From positions 1 to 64,000 of the IMG/VR virus record IMGVR_UViG_3300033149_006567: DNA of 64,000 nt, one strand, 5' to 3'. The position numbers and the translations under genes were made by a program. Source of the DNA: a virus. Positions 9,857 to 18,300 of this stretch are shown piece by piece; positions within the stretch are counted from its first letter, which is position 1, and every line of letters begins with the position of its first letter. The notes beneath the pieces were generated by a model. It was not told the DNA's origin. It saw only the letters and a list, made by a program, of their open reading frames with translations, and ran no database searches.

Positions 9857-9885
9857 TTGATTTCGTTTTTCTTTTTTGCTATAAT
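9857..9885 (+). promoter_or_regulatory. Sigma70/SigA-type promoter with extended -10, upstream of the chaperone/tape-measure genes
   Basis: TTGATT (9857-9862), 17-bp spacer, TG-C-TATAAT (9877-9885), intergenic. Confidence 0.7.
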
Positions 9886-9914
9886 CTTTTTAAACTGATT
9901 AGAGGAGTCCGAAT

Positions 9915-10358
9915 ATGGCTGATACCGAAGAAAAAAAAGTTTCTGAGGAAGTAACCCCGGAGGAGGAGCGAGAACAGTTTATTAGTTCTCTAATGGAAGC
10001 TCTTAATAAGTTTTCTAACGCTCCGAGTGAAGACCAGATTTCTGGATGGAAAACTGAGCACGGAGAAATTTTTGCCTCTGGTTTTTCTGAGGATGAAGTC
10101 TATATATGGAGGCCTTTAACGCGGGAAGAGCACCGAGATTCTCTTCGTAAATTGCGAGAGACCGAGCAGAGCACGGGGGTTCCCGTGGACGAGGGAGTAT
10201 TCAAAGAGGATGTAACTACGACTTGTCTTTTGTGGTCTTCTCACCCTTCGATGCTCCAGAAAAAGGCCGGAACCATAGAGATGCTTTTTGAGCAGATAAT
10301 GAGTCGCTCTAATTTTATGGATCCACGTTTAGCAACTCAGATGGTTATCAAGTTGTAG
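9915..10358 (+). CDS. Tail assembly chaperone 1
   Basis: Lies between tube and tape-measure genes; acidic; WKTEHGEIF...YIWRPLTREE...KAGTIEML motifs. Confidence 0.65.
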   Translation: MADTEEKKVSEEVTPEEEREQFISSLMEALNKFSNAPSEDQISGWKTEHGEIFASGFSEDEVYIWRPLTREEHRDSLRKLRETEQSTGVPVDEGVFKEDVTTTCLLWSSHPSMLQKKAGTIEMLFEQIMSRSNFMDPRLATQMVIKL

Positions 10359-10362
10359 CGGC

Positions 10363-11325
10363 GTGAAACGCAAGCCCCCCTTTCTCACTATCCTCCCAGA
10401 TGGCCTAGAAGTCCCCTGGAAGCCATTGACTGTCGGCGAGTATCTTAAGCTTATATCAGATCCCTACCTCTCTTTTGATGAGCTAGAAGATATTATATTC
10501 AGCAAATGTGTGTTAGATGAGTATCTGGTAAACAAAATAGATACTATTAAAGCAGGCATTATTCCGACTGTAGTAAGTGGGATACTGGCGAATAGTGTCC
10601 CCAATAACCTTCAAGAATCCCAGATGTTGCTCGATTATTATCGAGTTCAAGTGGATAAAAACTATCTAGAGGAATTGGTTTTAACTATTTTGCTAGCTTT
10701 TCCGGCTTATAAGCCCGAAGATGTTTATGAATTAGATTTGCAAGATCTTATGTATCGATTGGCCCTAGCAGAAAGAAAGTTGTTGATAACCGGGATGCTT
10801 CAGAAGCCTTTCAATTTATTTGACCCTGAAAAAGCCAAAAAGGCCAATAAATCTAAACCGAAAATGGATCCTCACGATTTTAAAAAGCAATGGGAGAAGT
10901 CTCAGAGGTGGTCTGAAATAAGACCAGGTTTTTCTGAAATGCCAGATTATTCTCCGCCTGTCCCTGAGTATGCTGGAGAAAAAACCGTTATCAGAAAAGA
11001 AGATACACCTCCTGCAGAATTGGTGACATCTGGGACCGAAACAGATGCTGGTTTGCTTCAGGAAAAGATGGTCAGAGAGACAATTCCATTTTATTCAGAC
11101 TACTTGGAGATGGTTAAGAAGGGTGATAAAATAACACCAGAGAAGATTAAGTCTCCCGCTCAGAGAGAAAAAGAGGCCAAGGAAAGAGTGGAAGTCAGCA
11201 AGAAAGAACTCGCCAAACAGCTTGCCCAGCAGAGAAAGAAGGAGACTCAGGAGCAGAAACGTATAAATAGCTTATTCGAAAAGGGATTAACTAAGAAGCA
11301 GAAGAAAAAGATATCTAAGAAATGA
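10363..11325 (+). CDS. Tail assembly chaperone 2 (paralogous N-terminus, long basic C-terminus)
   Basis: WKPLTVGEY...CVL...KAGIIPTV mirrors chaperone 1; position before the tape-measure-like gene. Confidence 0.6.
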   Translation: MKRKPPFLTILPDGLEVPWKPLTVGEYLKLISDPYLSFDELEDIIFSKCVLDEYLVNKIDTIKAGIIPTVVSGILANSVPNNLQESQMLLDYYRVQVDKNYLEELVLTILLAFPAYKPEDVYELDLQDLMYRLALAERKLLITGMLQKPFNLFDPEKAKKANKSKPKMDPHDFKKQWEKSQRWSEIRPGFSEMPDYSPPVPEYAGEKTVIRKEDTPPAELVTSGTETDAGLLQEKMVRETIPFYSDYLEMVKKGDKITPEKIKSPAQREKEAKERVEVSKKELAKQLAQQRKKETQEQKRINSLFEKGLTKKQKKKISKK

Positions 11326-11498
11326 CTTTCTTAAATAAAATTTCAAAAGCTTGCTTTCCGAGAATTGTTCATGACAAATGGAGTCGGCGAGGTTCTCGTT
11401 TCACTTGCACTGCGTGTGGACATAAGGCCCACGCAGATGTAAATGCGGCCGAGAACATTGCCGCGAAGGGTACGTCGAGTCTCACTAGCGTGCGTTAG
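11322..11498 (+). pseudogene. tnpB: Remnant of IS200/IS605-family TnpB (zinc ribbon plus RuvC-III end only)
   Basis: 58-codon ORF absent from the supplied track: MTFLNKISKACFPRIVHDKWSRRGSRFTCTACGHKAHADVNAAENIAAKGTSSLTSVR; FxCxxCG...HADVNAAxNI is the TnpB C-terminal signature. Confidence 0.8.
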
Positions 11499-11500
11499 CC

Positions 11501-14500
11501 GTGGGAAATAATTCGAAAAACGGCACCTGGACAAAATTTAATTCTCATCAGAATGTCCCCTATTCTCAGCTACAAGATCGTTGGCGTTCAGGTTCTCAAG
11601 ACCCTCAGGGTTCCTCTTGGCCTGCTTGGCGCAATGTCGGTCTTTTTGGAGGAGCCTTGGCCGGGGCGCATCTTCTCGGGAAAGCTCGTGTGGGCGGAAG
11701 GCCCATGTACGACAGGTTCTGGGGAGTCCTTAGAGGCCTAGAAGAATACAGTCCAGCTCAATTTCTCAGAACTTTCCAATTGGGTAGTTTTTTTAGCCAA
11801 TTTACTTCTACTGCAGCAGCTGAATCTTTTTATTCTCCAGATGTTTTCCTTAAAAATGAAGGCTTAAGAACTTATATGGAAGCCCTCATAGGTGGTGGGA
11901 CTAAAACGGCTCATCGCCTAATGCTTGAGGGGGCGACTTTCCGGGGAGGACGTCTTTATTGGGGGGCTAGTGAAGAAATAGCTCTCCGTCATGCCGGTGT
12001 AATACTCAATCCTCCATTTGCTAAGGGTGTGCAGACTCCTGCTGCTCGTTGGTCTGCTGCTTATGCCAGGTCTTTAGGTATCAAGGACTACGCGGCGACT
12101 TGGCGAGGACCTAAGCTTGAAAAGATGTTTGGGCTATCGGTTACTGAAGGAGAGCGGTTTGCCGCCCATATTATTGGTGGTCAGAGTAGGCTTCAGCATT
12201 GGTGGCGGATGGGTTCGGCCTGGGGGACCGAATGGGTAGGTCGTTTTAATCGCCTTCTTTATGATCCGGTTGAAATGCCTATTATTTCTCAGGCAGTTCG
12301 GGGAGCGACTAAAGCGGTCAGGAAGTTAAGTGGTGGAAGATTAGCTCTCAAGTATGGTTTCGGAGTTAAACCTGCTGGAGGGCTTTCTATGCTCGCGAGG
12401 TTGGGCCTGAAATGGGGTTTAGTCGCTGGGGCAGGCCTGACCCTTTGGAATGAAATTGATCGCCTTACACGCCAATCTGAGGCGTTTGAGGGCACATTAT
12501 TCGAGGAGGGGACGACTTATGGCCTGGCTTCTCTCTGGGCAAAGGCAAATATCTCGATTTCGGGAGCAGCAGAAACTCTAGGGTTGCATAGTTTTAGAGA
12601 ATGGCAGGAAGAAGTGGCTCCTGGTAGTACCAGTTTGCTAAAATTGGCAGCCTTTCCAGCCATAGGTGCGATTGCCGGTCCGGCAGGTATGTGGGGGCAG
12701 AGAGTCTTTAGGACTGCTCGCGGTCAGATCGCGGGTCAGAGTCTAGAGGCTGCTGCCCAAGCAGCCAAGATTGCTGGCAGAGAGTTCGGGGAAGGATGGT
12801 TCGGCAAATTAGCTAAAGGAGTAATGGAGAAAGTTCCGTTGCTTCGAGGCACAACTCCGATGAAATTCGCGGCGCTTTTAGGAGCGGCCGCTGGCACCGC
12901 CCTAGTTGCCCCATTTATTCCAGGAGCTCTAGTTCCCTCAGAAAGACCAGAAGAGTTAAGGGCTATTTATTCGGGCGAGAAAGAAGTTCCTATCAGGAAG
13001 GGAAGATTTTGGTTACCTTTCGGCCGTTCTGACGTTGCGGGTGGTCGTATTCAAAGATACCAACCGCATATTATTGCTAGGCTTCGAATGCGAGCCAAGG
13101 AAAAGGCCCTATGGGGAGAGGAAGCAGATAAGCTTAGTGAGTTTGAGAAGCTCTATCTAAAGGAATTCACTTATCACCTTGAAAATAGAGATCAATATGG
13201 GTACGCATTTCCTATCAGTTCGTTGCCCTTTGAGGATGTGCCTTTAGTGGGGCCTTTGCTGGCTCATACATTAGGTAAATGGATCAAGCCTCCCAGATTG
13301 CTCCGTACGGAAGAATGGGTGCGTGAAAGAGGGGGTGGAGTTGAATATGCTCCTGAGCCCTTAGGGTATGGAGAGGAATATCATCCAGAGTTAGGAGAAA
13401 TACCGAGGGGGGCTCCCGCAAGTCCATATGATTTAAAATCCTTAATAAGGGAGCAGACTTACCGCATGACAGAGGCCTTTGGGCTTTCGGGATTTGTTGC
13501 TACTGCTATTAAAGAAAAACTTACTGGTACTCAAGAGTTTTTTGCAGAGAGAACTGAATTGGAAAGTTTTCGGAGAGCTCACGGTGCTAAGAGATCCTAT
13601 TGGGAGCAAGAGATCGGCGATCCTGGATTCACGGAATTTTTTAGGCGTTTATATCCCCATAGAGTGAGATCTGTTAATTTCTATAATCCTCTCGAGTCAG
13701 GTGCTCCCAGTTGGTTGCCAGGAGCCGGAGAGAGATCACCTAATTTTCAACATGGAGCCGTGTATGCAAAAGTGCCCCTTGGGGAGCTTCGTTTGCCTGG
13801 CCCTGGATACGAAGCTAGATATCCGGAGTTAGAAGGAGTTGCTCCCGAGAATTACCCACTTGTTCATCAACACAAAATATTGGCTGATGTTGCAAGATAT
13901 AGCAACAAATTCAGGGAGATATCTCACAAAGTGAGACGAGCTAGAAAAACCGAGGATTGGGGGGAACATGAAGAGCGCATTTATCAGCAAACCTTGGAAC
14001 AATTACGCGCTCGTAGAGAACGTAGAGAGTTTCATGAGTATCAGCATCTTGAGCCGTATGGATCACAGGAAGATTACAAGACCTTTGAGTCCACTGTCCT
14101 GGCGGAGATCAATAGGTCAAAGGCTGCTGGAGAAAAAGAAGAAGGAGTTGTTAATTCAATATTTGGGGGCTATTGGGAATGGCTTTCTCATAGTGCCGAG
14201 ACTTCGGCAGAACAGCTGACTCCGTTTGCCCCGGTTTCTAAACTATTGCATATGAGAGACGCCATAGAGGACTATAAACAGTCCCAGTGGCTGAGCAATG
14301 AATATGCCTTTTGGCAGAATCCAGTAGAAAACTTTTTGGCTCCTTTCGCGACTTCTACGGCCCATGCATTCGGTGCTGATGCAACTCCGAGCAGAACTAA
14401 TCTGGTTAGATCTGTAGAGGAATATTTTGATACATTAAAGTATATAAAATATCGCCGGTTAGCGATGGAAGCTCAAGTTTCTGGAGATATGGAGAAAGCC

Positions 14501-15307
14501 AAGGAGTATTCCCAAAAACAAAAAGAAACTTTGTTTGGAATGGATCCTTATACCAGGAATGCAAGGGCTATTTACCGAGCTCTTCCCAGGAGAGAAAGGG
14601 ATTATTATCAGAGCTTTGTTAATGTTGAAACTCCCGGAGAACGAGCTAAGATATTAAAGATGATTCCTCGGAATGAGAAGGGTTTTTATCTGGCTCAATG
14701 GCAGTTAAGGTACGCCGATAAATTACAGAAGGCCGTTAAAGAGGGAGTGATTACTGGTGAGTTAGCAGACATGGCTACTCGACAGGTAGACATGGTTATG
14801 GCGCAGAGAAAGCACGAGGGGATGCCTTCCAACCAGGAACTGTTCCATGAGTACCTAGGGAGCCGCCACAAGGGAGAAAGTTACCCGGAGTGGTATCGAA
14901 GGACCAAGTTGTTGCCTAGGAAATTAGCGGGTATGGGGCTTCCGGGGCCGGATTTCGTTGGGTTTCACCCGAGTGTAGACCTAGAGGATGTTAAACTTAA
15001 ATTGGTCCAGAATATGGCCGAGAATATTCATAATTTTGACTTGTGGGATGATAGGGCTAGAGGATTAAAATACAAGCCGTATATCAATGACGGAATTGTG
15101 GAGGATTTAGTTTCTCCCCAATTGGAGGAGGGGGAAATTCGGACTAGACTAGATAATATATTCGGAAAATACAATATACGTGGGGGACAGTATCATATGA
15201 ATGAAATTAACTCCACATCTGGTAGGAATTCTGTTAATATAAATGTGAGGCATCGGAGAGATAGAGAAGTTAAAAGAAGAATAAGAGAGCAGCTAAGTGG
15301 CTTCTGA
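11501..15307 (+). CDS. Tape-measure-like / ejected virion protein
   Basis: 1268 aa directly after the chaperones; helical, with Ala/Gly-rich hydrophobic segments (GLFGGALAGAHLLG, WGLVAGAGLTLW, FAALLGAAAGTALVAPFI); start codon uncertain. Confidence 0.6.
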   Translation: MGNNSKNGTWTKFNSHQNVPYSQLQDRWRSGSQDPQGSSWPAWRNVGLFGGALAGAHLLGKARVGGRPMYDRFWGVLRGLEEYSPAQFLRTFQLGSFFSQFTSTAAAESFYSPDVFLKNEGLRTYMEALIGGGTKTAHRLMLEGATFRGGRLYWGASEEIALRHAGVILNPPFAKGVQTPAARWSAAYARSLGIKDYAATWRGPKLEKMFGLSVTEGERFAAHIIGGQSRLQHWWRMGSAWGTEWVGRFNRLLYDPVEMPIISQAVRGATKAVRKLSGGRLALKYGFGVKPAGGLSMLARLGLKWGLVAGAGLTLWNEIDRLTRQSEAFEGTLFEEGTTYGLASLWAKANISISGAAETLGLHSFREWQEEVAPGSTSLLKLAAFPAIGAIAGPAGMWGQRVFRTARGQIAGQSLEAAAQAAKIAGREFGEGWFGKLAKGVMEKVPLLRGTTPMKFAALLGAAAGTALVAPFIPGALVPSERPEELRAIYSGEKEVPIRKGRFWLPFGRSDVAGGRIQRYQPHIIARLRMRAKEKALWGEEADKLSEFEKLYLKEFTYHLENRDQYGYAFPISSLPFEDVPLVGPLLAHTLGKWIKPPRLLRTEEWVRERGGGVEYAPEPLGYGEEYHPELGEIPRGAPASPYDLKSLIREQTYRMTEAFGLSGFVATAIKEKLTGTQEFFAERTELESFRRAHGAKRSYWEQEIGDPGFTEFFRRLYPHRVRSVNFYNPLESGAPSWLPGAGERSPNFQHGAVYAKVPLGELRLPGPGYEARYPELEGVAPENYPLVHQHKILADVARYSNKFREISHKVRRARKTEDWGEHEERIYQQTLEQLRARRERREFHEYQHLEPYGSQEDYKTFESTVLAEINRSKAAGEKEEGVVNSIFGGYWEWLSHSAETSAEQLTPFAPVSKLLHMRDAIEDYKQSQWLSNEYAFWQNPVENFLAPFATSTAHAFGADATPSRTNLVRSVEEYFDTLKYIKYRRLAMEAQVSGDMEKAKEYSQKQKETLFGMDPYTRNARAIYRALPRRERDYYQSFVNVETPGERAKILKMIPRNEKGFYLAQWQLRYADKLQKAVKEGVITGELADMATRQVDMVMAQRKHEGMPSNQELFHEYLGSRHKGESYPEWYRRTKLLPRKLAGMGLPGPDFVGFHPSVDLEDVKLKLVQNMAENIHNFDLWDDRARGLKYKPYINDGIVEDLVSPQLEEGEIRTRLDNIFGKYNIRGGQYHMNEINSTSGRNSVNINVRHRRDREVKRRIREQLSGF

Positions 15308-18300
15308 TCCTAAAAAAATAGAGCGAGAGTTTACCTTTAAGGACGTTCTCATCGGCGCCCCCCTGGCTGCCGGATTGGGAATGAGCGCGTGGAGATTCGC
15401 CAAGGAAGTTCCAACCGCGTTTTCTCAAACTGTTAGGTCTGGTTTTGGTGAGGACTTTTTGAGGCAGGTTGCCCCTTATGCCTCAAGTGTGGCCGGTACT
15501 GATGCGGCGATAAACAATCTCGTCCGTTCAGCTTCATCTGTTAGGGAGCCCGCAGAGGCTGTGTTTGCTTGGAAAGCGGCTGCTAGTGCCATTCCAGATC
15601 CATTCGGCAAGGCCATTTCTCCTGAAGGATTAACAGAGCCTTTCGCTTCTATTGGGTCAGTTTTCCGAGAGCATTTACCTCGCTTTAGTCCTAGTTATAG
15701 ACTCAAATTTATGAGACTTTTTCAGACTAACCTAAAAGCTATTCAAAAGCAGAAATCTGTAGCGGGAGTAGATTTTGATTTGGCAAAATTAGCTCCCGCT
15801 GAAATAGCGCCCGTAACGCCCGAGTCTTATCTTCGAGCCCCCCTTAGAGGTCCCGAAGACTTACCTGTCCATTTAAAAACTTATGGACAGAGGATACAAA
15901 ATACTCTTGGTGACGTGGGGATGGAATGGGTTTCTCGCCCAGAATGGCAGGGCGCAGGATTGGGGGCTTACAGAATGCGATTAGGTCCCGGTTTGTCATT
16001 GAATATACCGAAATCTGTAGGGGGGCAGGCCCTACTTGGTCAGAATTTGGCCTCTCAGTATGCAGTGGGGGACTTTACTGTTTTCGATGAAGCGACCAGA
16101 AAAGTAACTCGGATGCCTTATGACGAGTATACTCTCTACAGATTTGAAAAGGAAATTCTTCCCAGATTGCGCCCGGGAGCGGAGAATGCTTTTGCTTCTA
16201 CTAGAGAAGCCCAGGCGGCCATAGATGCCTTGGGGAGGGAGCTAAGAGAGAAGGGAACTTTCCTTGGAGCGACTCCGCCTATGTTTCAAACTAGAGCTGC
16301 GCAGGGATATGGAACTCTTAGGTCTAGGGTTACTCATTTGGTTACTTCGAAGGGAAAGACCATCACGGCCCCAGAGGCCTTAAGAATCCCCGAGCTTAGA
16401 GCTTTAGTCGGTCCCGAATTGCGGGCGGCAGGAGTTTCTCCCAGTTCTATGGCAAAGGGAACTTTGTCTAGGTATAGCGCACAAAATCTTTTTCTTGGCG
16501 GCGCAGCGGCTCCGGAAAGTAGGCGCTTAGAGCAGGCGTTCAGAGAATGGGAATTTTTTAAAGGAGATCTTCCAGCTAGAGAGGCTGAGCGATTTAGCTG
16601 GCTTTTGTCTCCTGAATATAAACGCCTTTATGGAGAACGAGGAGCTTTGCTCCATAGGACCGTTTTCGCTAAGCCGGAAGAAATGTCTCGTCTTGCTGAA
16701 AAAGCTCCGAGCTTAATCATGAGAGCGGGTGAAGGGGAGTGGGAGGTCAGCAAGGCTCTTATGGATTATATGAAGTCTGTGAGGAGCTCCCACATGGAGG
16801 TGCATCGTTTAACGACTGAGATGGCCGAGAACTTCATGGAGAAGGGCGGTGTGGGATATGCGAAGAGAGCTGTTTCTCTACCGGCAGGAATGGTCATTGG
16901 GTATGGTCCAAGCGGAGAGATGGTGAATCTTTCCAGGAAGTCGACTTTGTTGGGATACGGAAGGGTCGGAGAAAATCTAAAGTTGTATTTTACCGAAATG
17001 GCGCCTGAGGAAATTCACAAACAAATGTTTGGGGCCAAGGGGGGGGTAGTTCCAAGGAGGAGGGGCGTTTTCTCTATCATGTCTGAGGTCATGAGACTCC
17101 CTCAGGGAGCAGAGGCTAGAATGTCGGTTGGCATGCTTAAAAAGAATCCGCATTATCATACCATGCAAATGACGTCTGCCCTGTGGGATATACTGGGAGC
17201 CAAGCAGGCTGCGGGGCTTCCTGTCGGAGGCCTAGAAGACTTTATTTCCAGGCCAGCAGAAACGGTTCGTTTTCTAGAGCGGCGGGCCACGATGGGAGGG
17301 AAATATAGTCATCGGGCTTTTACCAAAAGCCTTCTTGGCATGGCGCAGGCTGGAGGTCTTTCAGCCGAGGAGTTTGGTCGGGTATTTGGTGGTGTTCCCG
17401 AGGTCTTCGGGGAAGGATGGGAAGCGAGTTTGGGCGGAGGTTTATCTGGAGCTGAACGGAGAGCAATGGAGGAGTTGTCTCCTGTTGGCACGGTGTTTTC
17501 TACTTATGCAGGGATGTTAGAGCAGAGGATCCCCTCGGGCGGGGGAGCGACTATCGAGCCCCGCCTTTTCACACTCCTAGAGGCCGGGCAATACGGAGAG
17601 TTTGGTTCCAAGATTTCTGCAGAAATAGCTCGTCGAGCTGCCTTGGATAATCCAGAAGCCCTATTGGTTTCAGAAGAGGTAAGACGATCTTTAGCTTCAT
17701 TTGTTGGACAGGCAGAAAGTTCGTGGGCCCAAGATGTTTTCAAGTTGCAGTCCAGGTTTTCTCGAGAGGCCTTCGAGGGCTTCCTTGAGAAGGGTGGTTG
17801 GCTAGAAATGCCAGGCAAGACTGGAAACATATACGTGCCTGGCATGGATAAGGTGAGACAAATGCTGCCTCATGAATTGCCTGGAGGAGAGCAGGCTTTT
17901 ACTGAATTCGCTAAGACGTATTCTCGGCTAGCCAGAGCAGCTTCGGATGTAGAAGCAGGAAGGCTGCCGCTGGAAGAGTTCCTGGGGGCAGAGGGCGTCT
18001 ACGAGGGGGCGATGAGGGCTATTCAAAGAGAGCACGCTCCTTTTGGAAAGGGCTTGTTCGGTTTGGCCCGTAAAGGGACTCAGAGGGTCGCTGGTTCTAG
18101 GTTTTTGGAGTTGGCCTCTACGATAGGGGCTTCTGAGGCCGCAGAAAATGCTTTTCTTAAAACTGCCACGCCCTTTGATGTGGGACTATCGGATTATTGG
18201 TTTGAAAAGATGATTCAAGATTCAGAACGTCAAGGCGTTATGGAGGCGGCTGAGACAGCAGCGGTAAGGGCTCGTTGGGAAAGCGGAGAGGCGGTTGGCG

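Noticed and set aside
10300-10365. Programmed -1 frameshift between the two chaperone genes
   Set aside because: No XXXYYYZ slippery heptamer is seen near the end of gene 1, and gene 2 has its own paralogous N-terminal domain.
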